From assembly GCA_963829055.1 (NCBI GenBank), contig CAWHHI010000006.1, positions 1-64,000 of the forward strand: DNA of 64,000 bases, in the 5' to 3' direction. The first letter of the stretch is position 1. The number at the start of each line of letters is the position of its first letter. This DNA comes from an uncultured Gemmatimonadaceae bacterium (lineage in GTDB: Bacteria > Gemmatimonadota > Gemmatimonadetes > Gemmatimonadales > Gemmatimonadaceae). Shown one piece after another: positions 32,707 through 47,421 of the stretch. A program made the translations under genes and the position numbers. The notes under the pieces are model-generated. The model saw only the letters and a list, made by a program, of their open reading frames with translations, had not been told where the DNA came from and ran no database searches.

Positions 32707-32820
32707 ATGCGGGGCTGTGCCGCGTTCTCCTTCGTCTCTGGACCTGCCATCGACCGTGCGCCGTTTTCGGCGCGCTATTGGTGGTGGTATGGGTCCACAG
32801 CCGAGGGGGCGGCCGTCTAG
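32707..32820 (+). CDS. trpL: aromatic amino-acid (Trp/Tyr/Phe) attenuation leader peptide, 37 aa
   Basis: MRGCAAFSFVSGPAIDRAPFSARYWWWYGSTAEGAAV*; TAT-TGG-TGG-TGG-TAT at 32776-32790 upstream of trp/aro genes. Confidence 0.85.
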   Translation: MRGCAAFSFVSGPAIDRAPFSARYWWWYGSTAEGAAV

Positions 32821-32858
32821 CCGCGCACTGACCAGTACCGACTCGAAACGAGTACCTG

Positions 32859-32898
32859 GCGCCCCTTCGGCCACCTGCCGACGGGGCGCTTTTGTTTT
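32859..32898 (+). terminator. attenuator intrinsic terminator
   Basis: GCGCCCCTTCGGC-CACCT-GCCGACGGGGCGC (12/13 bp) + TTTTGTTTT; 5' arm alternatively pairs with GCCGAGGGGGCG (32800-32811). Confidence 0.88.
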
Positions 32899-32899
32899 C

Positions 32900-33052
32900 A
32901 CCGACGAACGCTGAACGCCAGACGCCGAACGCTCAATGCAACGCCACGCCTGACGCCAGCTAAGCCCTGAAGCCGTAAGCCGTAGCCGAGCCGTAGGCCG
33001 TAGCAGGCCACCGAGCTCCCGACTCCCGACTCCCGACCATCCGACTCCGATG
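32900..33052. repeat. mosaic of short tandem repeats (GAACGCY, AGCCGT(A), CTCCCGA)
   Basis: gaacgctgaacgccagacgccgaacgct; aagccgtaagccgtagccgagccgtaggccgtag; ctcccgactcccgactcccga. Confidence 0.7.
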
Positions 33053-33066
33053 TCGACCCCGCCCCC

Positions 33067-34543
33067 GTGAAACTCGTGGCCACCCTGGCCGACCTGACCG
33101 CCGAGGCGTTGCCGGCGGCGCGGGCGGAGGCGTTGCGTGTGGCCGACCTCGTGGAGTTCCGGCTCGATCGGCTGCCGGCGCTGCCGCTGGCGGACGTCCT
33201 CGGCGAGGCCGCGGCGCCGGGCCGTCGTGACCTTCAGGCCGATGCGGGAGGGCGGGCTGTTCGAGCGGCGAGGAGGCGACGCGGGAGTCAGCGGCTCCGC
33301 GAGGCGCTGGCGACTCGGGGCGGCGTTCGTCGACGTCGAGTGGGACGCCGACGTTCGCCGACGCCGTGATCGCGGCGCATCCCGGGCGGGTCGTGCTCTC
33401 GCGTCACGACTTCGTCGGCGATGCCCACGCGACCTCGCCGGCCTCGTCCGCGCGATGACGGCCCGTCGTCCGGCCGTCGTCAAGCTCGCGGTGACGCCCG
33501 CGCGGCTGACCGACCAACTGACGTTTCCGGACGCGGCTGCCGCTGCCGCCGGCACGCCGGTGGTGCTGATCGCGATGGGCACGGCCGGCCTGCCCTCGCG
33601 CATCCTGGCCGGACACGTCGGCTCGTGCTGGACCTACGCCGGCGCCGCCATCGCGCCCGGTCAGGTGCCGCCGGAGCTGATGCGCTCGCGCTACCGCGTC
33701 GGGCAGCACACGGCCGACACGCAGGTGTTCGGCGTGGCCGGACGGCCGATCGGTCATTCGTGGTCGCCGACGCTCCACAACGCCGCCCTGCAGGCCCTCG
33801 GCATCGACGGCGTCTACCTGCCGTTCGAGGCACAGGACATCGACGACCTGCTCGCCACGCGCGGCGGCGCTCGACGTGCGCGGCCTCAGCGTCACGGCGC
33901 CGTTCAAGCTCGATGCGCTGGCGCGCGCGTCCGTCGACGCCGATCCGCTGGCGCGCCGGCTCGGCGCGGCCAACACGCTCACGCGGACACCTGACGGCTG
34001 GGTCGCGCGCAACACCGACGTCGAGGGCTTCCTGCATCCGCTGCGCTCGCGGCTCACGCTGGCCGGCGCCCGCGCGTCGGTGCTGGGCGCCGGTGGCGCC
34101 GCCCGGGCGGTCGTCGCCGGCCTGCATGCCGAAGGTGCGCGCGTCACCGTGCACGCGCGGCGTCGCGACCAGGCCGAGTCGCTGGTGCCGCTCGGGCGCG
34201 ACGGTGGGGCAGTGGCCACCGCCGCCCGGCAGCTGGGACCTGCTCGTGAACACCACGCCCGTGGGCACGGCGCCGCACGTCGACGACACGCCGCTCGAGC
34301 GCGGAGTCGCTCGCCGGCGGCGGGCTCGTGTACGACCTGGTCTACAACCCCGGCCGGACGCGCCTGCTGCGCGACGCCGCGGCCGCCGGCTGCGAGACGC
34401 TCGGCGGCCTCGAGATGCTGATTGCCCAGGCGGCGGTGCAGGTCGCCACCTGGTTCCCCGTCGAGCCTCCCGTCGACGCGATGCGCGCTGCCATCCACGC
34501 CGAGGCGCCGCAACTGGCGCTGGAGACCTCATGTCCGCGATGA
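33067..34543 (+). CDS. aroDE: bifunctional type I 3-dehydroquinate dehydratase / shikimate dehydrogenase (frameshifted)
   Basis: VEFRLD, VDVEWD, SRHDF, VVKLAV, IAMG..G..SRI; then [47 protein letters not shown]. Confidence 0.88.
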
Positions 34544-36047
34544 CCCAGACCACCTTCGACGAATTCGTCGACCTCGCCCGCCGCGGCACGTTCGTGCCGG
34601 TGTGCCGCGAACTCCTCGCCGACCTGCTCACGCCGGTGTCGGCCTTCCTTCGCGTCGCGGAACATTCCGATTACGCGTTCCTGTTCGAGAGCGTCGAGGG
34701 CGGCGAGCAGGTGGCGCGCTACTCGTTCCTCGGCAAGGACCCGTTCCTCGTGCTGCGGGCGCGCGACGGCAAGGCGGTGATCGAGCAGGGCGGCCAGACC
34801 GCCGCGCTCGACGAGAGCTTCGTCGCGGCGCTGCGTCGCATCATGGCCGAGTACCGGTCGCCCTTCGTCCCCGGGCTGCCGCGATTCACCGGCGGCGCCG
34901 TCGGGTTCTTCGGCTACGACGCGGCGCCGTGGTTCGAGCCGGCCCTCCAGGACGTGTGGCAGAAGTACGAGGGCCAGCAGGACCCGCGCGACGAAGCGGC
35001 GTTCATGCTGTTCGACACGGTGCTGGCGTTCGACCACGTCAAGCACCGGATCCTGCTCATCGCCAACGCCCGCATCTCGCCGTCCGACGACCTGGCGTCG
35101 CTGTACCAGTTCGCCAATGCGCGGCTCGACTTCCTGCAACGGGAGCTCGAACAGGCGCACGCACAGCCGATTGCCGGCGGCGCGCCCGGCTCCGAGCCGC
35201 CGGCCGTCCGCGCGCTCACGAGCCGCGAGGACTTCGAACGCAACGTCCGCATGGCGCAGGAGTACATCGCCAGGGGCGACATCTACCAGGTGGTGCTGTC
35301 GCAACGCTTCGAGGTCGACCTCCAGGCCGACCCGTTCACCGTCTATCGCGCGCTGCGCCACGTGAACCCGTCGCCGTACATGTACTTCACGCGCGTCGGC
35401 GAACTGTCGATCGTCGGCTCGTCGCCCGAGATGCTCGTCCGCGTCGAGGGCGGCCAGGCCGAGACCCATCCGATCGCCGGCACGCGGCCGCGCGGCAGGA
35501 CGCACGAGGAGGACCTGCGCCTCGGCGAGGAGCTGAAGCGCGACGAGAAGGAACGCTCCGAGCACGTCATGCTCGTCGACCTCGGCCGCAACGACCTCGG
35601 CCGCGTCTGCGCCTACGGCTCGGTGCGCGTGCCCGCAGTTCATGACGCTCGAGCGCTACTCGCACGTCATGCACCTGGTCTCGCGTGTCGTCGGCACGCT
35701 GCGCCGACGATGCCGATCGGCTCGACGCGCTCGTGTCGTGCTTCCCGGCCGGGACCGTGTCGGGCGCACCGAAGATTCGCGCCATGGAGATCATCGCCGA
35801 GCTCGAGGGGCGCCCGCGCGGCGTCTACGCCGGGTCGGTGGGCTACGTGGACTTCGCCGGCAACCTCGATTGCTGCATCGCCATCCGGACCGTGTGGATG
35901 CGCGATGGTGTCGCCTACGTGCAGGCCGGCGGCGGCATCGTCGCCGACAGCCATCCGGCCGCCGAGTACGAAGAGAGCCTCAACAAGGCGCGCGCGGTGC
36001 TGCGTGCGCTCGAACTCGCCCATTCGCTGGGGCACCACGCCGGGTAG
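34531..36047 (+). CDS. trpE: anthranilate synthase component I
   Basis: [65 protein letters not shown]. Confidence 0.95.
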
Positions 36048-36049
36048 CC

Positions 36050-37639
<1,590 letters not shown>

Positions 37640-37643
<4 letters not shown>

Positions 37644-38474
37644 GCGCGCCCGTGCCGTCCGTGCTCGACTCCATCGTCGCGGCCGCATGGAAGCGCGTCG
37701 AAGTGGCGCGCGAGCGGCGCAGCCTCGCGGACCTCGAGCGCGCGCATCGCGGACCGGTCGCGGACGGTGCCGACGGCACCGGTTCATGGCGTCGTTGCGC
37801 CAGCCGGGCATCCGCGTCATCGCCGAATGCAAGCGCCGGTCGCCGTCGAAGGGCGTGTTGCGGCCGCAGTACGACCCGGTGGCGATCGCCGGCCAGTACG
37901 CGACGGCCGGTGCCGCCGCCATCTCGATCCTGACCGAGCCCGGCTTCTTCGACGGCGCGCTCGATCACCTGGTGGCCGTCCATGCGGCGCATCCGGGCGT
38001 GCCGTTGCTGCGCAAGGACTTCACCGTCGACGAGTACCAGATCGCCGAGGCGGCGCTCGCGGGCGCATCCGCGGTGCTCCTGATCGTGGCGGCCCTCGAG
38101 CAACCGGTGCTCGTGCGCCTGCTGGCGTACGCGGCGCAGGTGCGGCATCGACGTGCTGACCGAAGTCCACGACGAGGACGAAGCGCATCGTGCCATCGAC
38201 GCCGGCGCCACCATCGTCGGCGTCAACAACCGCAACCTCAAGACGCTGACGGTGTCGATCGACACCTCGCATCGCGTGGCGCCGATCATCGCCGTCGGCG
38301 CGTGTGCGGGTCGCCGAGAGCGGCTTGCGGACCGGCGCGGATCTGGCGTCGCTGCACGCAGCCGGCTATGGCGCGTTCCTCATCGGCGAGCGCTTCATGA
38401 CCGAGGCCAACCCGGGCGAGGCACTCGCGGCGGTGATCGGCGACGCGCGCGCGGCACTGGAGGCGCAGGCGTGA
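37640..38474 (+). CDS. trpC: indole-3-glycerol phosphate synthase
   Basis: [39 protein letters not shown]. Confidence 0.93.
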
Positions 38475-39101
38475 CCCGCATCAAGATCTGCGGGATGACC
38501 AGCGTGGAGGACGCGCTGATGGCTGTCGAGGCCGGCGCCGACGCCATCGGGCTGATCTTCTGGACCGGCAGCAAGCGGGCCGTGGGCGTCGAGCGCGCGC
38601 AGGCGATCACGCGCGCGCTGCCGCCGCTGGTCTCGACGGTCGGCGTGTTCGTGGACGAGACACCGGATCGCGTTCGGACCGTGGCCGATGCCGTCGGGCT
38701 CTCCGGCGTGCAGCTGCACGGCGACGAGGTGGTCGCGGACTGGGCGCGGTTTCCGCGTCCCGTCCTGAAGGCGATTGTCGATCGAACGGTACGCGACCAG
38801 CCCGTGGAAGACCGCCCGGGCGGCCATCCTCGTCGATGCGCACGATCCGGTCACGATCGGTGGCACGGGACGCACGATCGACTGGGACGCGGCGCGCGAG
38901 ATCGCGGCGACGCGACCGCTGGTGCTGGCTGGCGGGCTCAGGCCCGAGAACGTCGCCGAGGCAGTGACGCTGGTGGCGCCCTGGGGCGTCGATGTGGCCT
39001 CGGGCGTCGAGCAGGCGCCTGGCGTCAAGGATCCGGCCCGCGTGCGGGCCTTCGTGCAGGCAGTGCGTGCGGCCGATGCCGCGCGGGCACGGAAACAATG
39101 A
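38471..39101 (+). CDS. trpF: phosphoribosylanthranilate isomerase
   Basis: [37 protein letters not shown]. Confidence 0.93.
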
Positions 39102-39107
39102 GACTGA

Positions 39108-39137
39108 GGGCAGGGCCGGCTCTCCGAGCCCGGCCCA
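39108..39137. repeat. REP-like palindrome
   Basis: GCAGGGCCGGCTCTCCGAGCCCGGCCC; related GTAGGGCGCGTTCTCCGAACGCGCC at 41556-41580. Confidence 0.5.
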
Positions 39138-39158
39138 CAGGGACGCAGGGAACAGACG

Positions 39159-40395
39159 ATGACGATGGCAGCGCAGGAACGGACGGGACGACCCGTGTTC
39201 GGGCGTCGCGACCCGGACGCCCGCGGGTACTTCGGCGAGTACGGCGGACGGTTCGTGCCCGAGACGCTCGTGGCTCCGATGGAGGCGCTCACCGAGGCGT
39301 ACTTCGCGGTGCGGCAGGACGAGGCGTTCATCGCCGAATTCGAGCAGCTGCTGCGACAGTTCGTCGGGCGGCCGACGCCGCTCTACGAGGCGCGGCGGCT
39401 CTCGGAGGCGTGCGGCGGCGCCACGATCCTGCTGAAGCGCGAGGACCTCGCGCACACCGGCGCGCACAAGATCAACAACGCGCTCGGCCAGGCGTTGCTG
39501 GCCCGGCGCATGGGCAAGTCGCGCATCGTCGCCGAGACCGGCGCCGGGCAGCACGGCGTCGCGACCGCGACCGTCTGCGCGCTGCTCGGCATGCAGTGCG
39601 TCGTCTACATGGGCGTGGACGACATGGCGCGGCAGGCGCTCAACGTGTTCCGCATGCGCATGCTCGGCGCGGAGGTGCGCGGCGTCGACTCGGGATCGCG
39701 AACGCTCAAGGACGCGATCAACGAGGCGATGCGCGACTGGGTCGCGACCGTGCAGGACACCTACTACCTGCTCGGGTCGGCACTCGGGCCGCACCCGTAC
39801 CCGGTGATGGTGCGCGAGTTCCAGTCGGTCATCGGTGAGGAAGCGCGCGTGCAGTGCCTGGCGGCCTACGGACGGCTGCCCGATGCCGCGTTGGCGTGTG
39901 TCGGCGGCGGCAGCAACGCCATGGGCCTGTTCGACGCGTTCGTGGCCGATCGCGGTGTGCGACTGATCGGCGTCGAGGCCGGCGGCGAGGGCATCGAGGG
40001 CGGCAGGCACGCGGCGAGGTTCGCCGGCGGCACCCCGGGAGTGCTCCAGGGCACGCGGACGTTCGTCCTGCAGGATGCCAACTGGCAACATCGAGCTTAC
40101 GCATTCGGTGTCGGCAGGACTCGACTATGCCGCCGTCGGCCCGGAGCATGCCGACCTGCTGCAGCAGGGTCGGGCGGAGTACCGGTATGCCACCGACCCC
40201 GAAGCGCTCGCGGCCTTCGCGAGGCTCGGGCGGCTCGAGGGCATCCTGCCCGCGCTCGAATCGGCACATGCGATCGCGGCGGTGGAGCAGGTCGCACGCG
40301 AGGTGGGCACGGACGGCCTGGTCCTGGTGAATCTGTCGGGACGAGGCGACAAGGACGTGCAGAGCATCCAGGAACTGCTCGGAGATCAGGCATGA
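39159..40395 (+). CDS. trpB: tryptophan synthase beta chain
   Basis: [64 protein letters not shown]. Confidence 0.96.
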
Positions 40396-41194
40396 GCACA
40401 CGGCTCGAAGCGGCGTTCGCCAGCATGAAGGCCGAGCAGCGCACGGGGCTCGTGGCGTTCGTGTCCGGTGGGGACCCGACGCTGGAGCGTTCGGCCGACG
40501 TGATTCGCGCCGTCGACGAGGGCGGAGCCGACGTGATCGAGATCGGCGTGCCGTTCTCGGACCCGTTGGCCGACGGTCCCGAGATCCAGCGATCGTCGGA
40601 GCGCGCGCTGCGAGCCGGCGCGACGCTGCGCGGCGTCCTCGATCTGGTCGGCGGACCTCCGGAAGGACGTCGCCGCACCGCTGGTGTTGTTCAGTTATGC
40701 CAACCCGGTCGTGCGCTTCGGTGTCGAGGCGTTCGCCGCCCGCGCGGCGGAGGTCGGCGTCGACGGCGTGCTGCTGCTCGACCTGCCGCTCGAGGAAGCG
40801 GGGCCGACGCGCGACGTCCTGGTCGGCCGCGGACTGGCGCCCATCTTCCTGGTGAGCCCGACGACGACGGGCGCGCGGGTGCGCAAGGCGAACGACCTGG
40901 GCAAGGGCTTCCTGTACGCGATCTCGCGGCTCGGCGTGACGGGCGTCCGCGACCAGGTGGCTGGACGACGCGCGAGCGCTCGTCGACCGGCTGCGCCAGG
41001 ACGCGACACTGCCGATCGCGCTCGGGTTCGGCCTGTCGCGGCCCGAGCACATCCGCGACGTCGGCAAGTACGCCGACGCGGCCGTGGTGGGCAGCGCGCT
41101 CGTGGCGCAGGTGGCAAGGCACGGGCAGTCGCCGGCGCTGGCCGACGAGGTCAGGGGGTTCGTGCGCTGGCTGCGCGAGGGAGCGTCGGCATGA
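40392..41194 (+). CDS. trpA: tryptophan synthase alpha chain
   Basis: [44 protein letters not shown]. Confidence 0.95.
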
Positions 41195-41504
41195 CCGACC
41201 CGGACTGGCGGATGCGGGAACTGCGCGAGCGCATCGACGCGCTCGACGAGCAGATCGTCGCCTGCTCAACGAGCGCGCCGGGTGCGCGCTGCAGATCGGT
41301 GAGATCAAGCGCGAAACGGGCATGCCGATCTACCAGCCCGGTCGCGAGCGCGACGTGCTCGAGCACGTGCGGCGGGTCAATGGCGGGCCGCTCGACGGCG
41401 ACGCCGTGATGCGGTTGTTCGAACGGATCATCGACGAGGCGCGCCGCCTCGAGCGCGAGGTGCAGAAGGCGCACGACGCGGGCAGGACGGAAGCGGATAC
41501 GTGA
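41191..41504 (+). CDS. chorismate mutase (AroQ type)
   Basis: [22 protein letters not shown]....[16 protein letters not shown]. Confidence 0.88.
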
Positions 41505-41607
41505 CCGTGGAACGGGATCGGGAAGGCCGATCGGGAAGGCCGGGACCGCGTGAAGGTAGGGCGCGTTCTCCGAACGCGCCGATCTGGATACGAAAGCGAG
41601 CAGTGAC

Positions 41608-42657
41608 ATGGTCGTGGTGATGGAGGAACGCGCGAGCGAGGAGCAGATCCAGCGCGTGGTGGCCCAACTGGTGCAAATGGGCTTCGACGTGCACCGCTCC
41701 ACCGGATCGCTCCGGACGGTCATCGGCGCCGTCGGCGGCGAGGGCAAGCACGACCCGCGCCTGCTCGAGGTGCTCGACGGGGTGCACGAGGTGATGCGGA
41801 TCACCGAGCCCTACAAGCTCGCGAGCCGCACGTTCCGCAGCGAGGACACCGTCATCACCATCGGCGATCTCCGGATCGGTGGCGACGAGGTCATCGTGAT
41901 GGCCGGCCCGTGCTCGGCCGAGAACGAGGCGCAGGTGCTGAGCACGGCCGCGGCGGTGCGGCGGGCCGGAGCGAAGGTGCTGCGCGGCGGCGCCTTCAAG
42001 CCGCGCAGTTCGCCGTACAGCTTCCAGGGGCTTGGCGAAGAGGGCCTGAAGATGCTGCGAACCGGTGCCGACGCGCACAACCTCAAGCTCGTCTCCGAGG
42101 TGATGGACGCGAACCAGATCGCGTTGATGGACGGCTACGTGGACATCTACCAGGTCGGCGCGCGCAACATGCAGAACTACACGCTGCTGCGTGAACTCGG
42201 CAAGGTCCGCAAGCCGGTGCTGCTCAAGCGCGGCATCTCGGCGACGATCGAGGAATGGCTGCTCTCGGCCGAGTACGTGCTCGCCGGCGGCAACACGGAC
42301 GTCATCCTCTGCGAGCGCGGCATCCGGACGTTCGAGAGCTACACCCGTAACACGCTCGACATCTCCGCGATCCCGGTCGTGAAGAAGCTGAGTCACCTGC
42401 CGATCGTCGTCGACCCGAGCCATGGCACCGGTCGTCGCGACAAGGTGGCGCCGATGGCGCGCGCGGCCGTCGCGGCCGGCGCCGACGGATTGCTGATCGA
42501 GGTGCACTGCGATCCCGACAACGCGATGAGCGACGGTGCGCAGTCGATGTACCCGGGGCAGTTCGAGCGGCTGATGGCCGAACTGCGGATCATCGCGCCG
42601 GCCATCGGCCGCAGCATCTGCCAGGAACCGGTGGCGCGGCGCGGTTGGGGCCAGTGA
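41608..42657 (+). CDS. aroF: DAHP synthase type I-beta with N-terminal regulatory domain
   Basis: [56 protein letters not shown]. Confidence 0.95.
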   Translation: MVVVMEERASEEQIQRVVAQLVQMGFDVHRSTGSLRTVIGAVGGEGKHDPRLLEVLDGVHEVMRITEPYKLASRTFRSEDTVITIGDLRIGGDEVIVMAGPCSAENEAQVLSTAAAVRRAGAKVLRGGAFKPRSSPYSFQGLGEEGLKMLRTGADAHNLKLVSEVMDANQIALMDGYVDIYQVGARNMQNYTLLRELGKVRKPVLLKRGISATIEEWLLSAEYVLAGGNTDVILCERGIRTFESYTRNTLDISAIPVVKKLSHLPIVVDPSHGTGRRDKVAPMARAAVAAGADGLLIEVHCDPDNAMSDGAQSMYPGQFERLMAELRIIAPAIGRSICQEPVARRGWGQ

Positions 42658-43530
42658 GCGAGCCGGCGCCGTTCGAGCGCGTCCTGCTGGTGGGGTGTGG
42701 CCTCATCGGCGGATCGCTCGGCCTGGGCATCCGTGCCGTGTGGCCCGAGGTCGCCGATCACGGTGCTCGATCCGGCCGCCGATCCGCGGGTGAAGGATCA
42801 CTTCACGCTGGTGTCGTCACCGGCGGCGGCCGGAGACGACGGATCTGGTGGTGCTCGGCGCGCCCGTGCTGGAGAACCTGCGGTTGCTCGATGCGCTCGC
42901 GCCGTACGTCGGCGCCCACACCGTCGTGACCGACCTTGGCAGCACCAAGGGCGCGATGGTGGCGCACGCGCGGCGGCATCGCGGCGCTCGCGTTCGTCGG
43001 CGGGCATCCGATGGCCGGCAGCACCCACAGCGGCTTTGCCCACGCCGACCCCGGGCTGTTCGTCGGCCGCCCCTGGATCCTGACGCCGGACACCGACGGC
43101 CGTGTGCCCGCCGCGGTGGTCGGGACCGCGCTGGCACGGATGACGCAACTGGTCGTCGGCATCGGCGCGCGCCCGGTGGTGATGGGCGCCGACGAGCACG
43201 ACCACGTGATGGCGTACGTCAGCCACCTGCCGCAGATCGTCAGCAGCACGCTGATGGCCGTGGCGGGCAAGGCGGTGACGAGCGATGGGCTGCAGTTCGC
43301 GGGGCCCGGGCTTGCCGACACGACGCGCCTGGCTGGCAGCGCACCCGCGCTCTGGCTCGACATCCTCGCGACCAACGCCGCGCACGTCGGCCAGGCGCTC
43401 GACACGTTGCGGGCGATGCTGCCGACGCCGTCGATGCTGTCTGGACGACGCCGCGCCGATGCAGCCGTTGCTGCAGGAGGGCCGCCGCTGGCGATCCGAC
43501 ATTCGACGGCCAGCGTCCGCCGCGGTCCGT
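42654..43530 (+). CDS. tyrA: prephenate dehydrogenase (frameshifted; may be fused to downstream GNAT)
   Basis: GCGLIGGSL, TDLGSTKG, FVGGHPMAG, EHDHVMAYVSHLPQ, DTTRLAGS...LWLDI. Confidence 0.88.
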
Positions 43531-43554
43531 CATCGCGCCTGCTGCATCGGCCGG

Positions 43555-44067
43555 CGACGCGGACGTTCCTCGAGATGCGGTCGTCGTCGCAGGTCGTGCC
43601 GTTCGCGTTTCCCGACGTCGGCGCTGTCGTGCGGCGTCTCGACGTGGTGCCGGGCTCGCTGTACCGCTATCTGTACCGGGAAGTCGGGCCGCCCCTGGCA
43701 CTGGCTCGATCGCTGGGACTGGAACGACGCGCGCGTGGCGGAACACCTCGCGTTCGGGCGGCATCGAGATCTGGCTGCTGACGGTGGCTGGTACGCCTGC
43801 CGGCTACTTCGAGCTGCATCGCACCGCGCACGAGGTCGAGATCTGCTACTTCGGCCTGTTGCCCGAGTTCATCGGTCGGCGGCTCGGGCCGGCATTGCTC
43901 ACCGTGGCAGCGCAGCAGGCGTGGGGCAGCGGTCCCGAATCGCGTCTGGCTGCACACCTGTTCGCTCGATCATCCGGCGGCCGTCCGGCAACTACCAGCG
44001 CGTGGGCTTCGTGCCGTACCGCGAAGAGCAGTACGACGCGAAGATCCCGGTCGATCGGACCGTGTGA
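43555..44067 (+). CDS. GNAT-family N-acetyltransferase domain
   Basis: RTFLEM, YRYLYREVG..WHW.DR, PAGYFEL, EICYFGLLPEFIGRRLG, VWLHTCSLDHPAA..NYQR.GF. Confidence 0.82.
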   Translation, partial: RRGRSSRCGRRRRSCRSRFPTSALSCGVSTWCRARCTAICTGKSGRPWHWLDRWDWNDARVAEHLAFGRHRDLAADGGWYACRLLRAASHRARGRDLLLRPVARVHRSAARAGIAHRGSAAGVGQRSRIASGCTPVRSIIRRPSGNYQRVGFVPYREEQYDAKIPVDRTV

Positions 44068-44154
44068 GCTCCGCATCGGACTCCGTCACGTCGGGTAACA
44101 GTACCCGCTGCGGTAGCGGCGTCCCAGCCCGTCGGCCCTTATACTGCGATACGC

Positions 44155-44879
44155 ATGAACAAGCAGATCGCGAGTGCAGACGCGGCCGTCGCCCTCATCC
44201 CGGACGGCGCCACGATCATGATGGGCGGCTTCGGGCTCTGCGGTATTCCCGAATCCCTGATCGCCGCGCTCCATCGCCGCGGCACGCGCGACCTGACCGT
44301 CATCAGCAACAACGCGGGCGTCGACGACTTCGGCATCGGCGTGCTGCTGCGGGCTCGGCAGGTGCGCAAGATGATCGCGACCTACGTCGGCGAGAACAAG
44401 GAGTTCGAGCGGCAGTTCCTCATCGAAGGAACTCGAGGTCGAACTGATTCCCGCAGGGCACGTTCGCGGAACGGATCCGCGCCGGCGGCGCCGGCATCGG
44501 CGGCTTCTTCACGCCCGACCGGCTACGGCACGATCGTGGCCGAGGGCAAGGAGACACGCGAGATCGACGGCGTGCACTACGTGCTCGAGGCGCCGCTGCG
44601 CGCCGACTTCGCGTTCGTGAAGGCACACACCGGCGACACCCACGGCAACCTGCGTCTACCGGCACACCGCCCGCAACTTCAACCCGGTGATGGCCACCGC
44701 CGCGCGAGTGACGATCGCCGAGGTCGAGCATCTCGTGCGGCCCGGGCGACATCGACCCCGACACCGTCGTGACGCCGGGCATCTACGTCGCGCACATCCT
44801 CATCGGCGGGCCGTACGAGAAGCGGATCGAGAAACGCATCGTTCGACAGAGTTCGGACGCGTCATGCGATTGGGCCTGA
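44155..44879 (+). CDS. scoA: 3-oxoacid CoA-transferase subunit A
   Basis: [52 protein letters not shown]. Confidence 0.9.
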
Positions 44880-44981
44880 AGGCCATAGGGGCCGCCCAGC
44901 CGCTCGTCAGGGATGACACAGCGACTGGGATTCCGACGGCCGAAGGCCCAATGACGAAGGCCGTCAGCGAAGCCGAGACTC

Positions 44982-45631
44982 ATGGACAAACGCGAACGCA
45001 TCATCCGCCGCGTGGCGGCCGAGTTGAAGGACGGCGACTACGTGAACCTGGGCATCGGCTTGCCGACGCTCGTGGCCAACTACGTCCCGCCCGGCATCGA
45101 CATCGTCCTGCACTCGGAGAACGGCCTGCTCGGTGTCGGACCGTATCCGACCGAGGACGAGGTCGATGCCGACCTGATCAATGCCGGCAAGGAGACCGTG
45201 ACGGCGTTGCCGGGCGCGGCGTTCTTCAACGGCGCGGAGTCGTTCGCGATGGTCCGCGGCGGACATATCGATCTCACGGTGCTGGGCGCGCTCGAGGTCG
45301 ACGAGCAGGGCAATCTCGCCAACTGGATGGTGCCAGGCAAGATGGTGAAGGGCATGGGCGGCGCGATGGATCTCGTGGCCGGGGCCAAGCGCGTCATCAT
45401 CGCCATGGAGCACGCGACGCGGGACGGGCAGCCGAAGATCGTGCCGCGATGCACCCTGCCGTTCACGGGGCTTGCGCGTCGTGCATCGCATCGTCACCGA
45501 GCTTGCGGTGATCGACGTGACCGCCGCACGGACTGGTGCTGCGGGAACTGGCCGAGGACACCACGCTCGACGACGGTTCGCGCGGTGACGAGCGCCGCGT
45601 TCAGCGTCGCCGATCCCCTGGAGCGCTTCTG

Positions 45632-45632
<1 letters not shown>
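44982..45632 (+). CDS. scoB: 3-oxoacid CoA-transferase subunit B
   Basis: [39 protein letters not shown]. Confidence 0.92.
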
Positions 45633-46827
<1,195 letters not shown>

Positions 46828-46864
46828 CCGACGGCAGGTACGTCGTCCGCAACGGGCCTGCGAC

Positions 46865-47325
46865 CTACTGGGGCGGCTCGCTGGCGTCTCGGATGCCCGG
46901 CCGCACCTGGACCACGGTCGCGTTGCCGCCGACCGTCCGGTCGCCCTTCTTCATCCGGAAGCGCACGTTGTAGCGGCCGGCCATCTGGTAGGTGTGCGTG
47001 CTGCTGTAGTAGCGGCGGATCTCGCTCTGGCCCGGTTCGTACGGCGGGCAGTCGGGCGTGTTCTCCGACGTGGTGCCGTCGTCCCAGTCCCAGACGATGG
47101 TGTTGCAGTAGAACGGCTCGTAGTCGACGCGCGCCGCCCTTGAGCTCGGCGCGGACCGAGATCTTGGCTGGCGAGAACGCGATGAGCGGCGACACCTTGA
47201 GCCCGATTTCCGGGCGCGCCTCGTCTTTCGGCGCCTTCGCCGTCCTTCTCCTGCACGGGCGCCTGCGCGGCCGCTGCCACGCTCCACACGCCCACCAGGA
47301 TTGCTGCCCGCCACATGCGCGTCAT
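46865..47325 (-). CDS. secreted PKD-like beta-sandwich protein
   Basis: Signal peptide; [28 protein letters not shown]-like pattern. Confidence 0.6.
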
Positions 47326-47421
47326 CGCTGTTCCTTGCTCGAAAACCGCCGATATCCCGGCATCGTAGCATCCCGCTGCGGTGCGCCGTGCCCGCGGACC
47401 CGCGGTATACAATTCGGGGTC

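Noticed and set aside
32700..32900. T-box or metabolite riboswitch before the trp genes
   Set aside because: No T-box consensus positioned in an antiterminator bulge; the leader-peptide model explains the TGG run and both stems
32900..33052. CRISPR array
   Set aside because: Units are 6-7 nt with no unique spacers; no cas genes or 25-40 bp repeats seen anywhere in the window
39159..41504. 781-aa TrpB-TrpA-chorismate mutase fusion
   Set aside because: Indel artefact; the TrpB C-terminus is in another frame ending at 40395, and trpA and CM have ATGA overlaps
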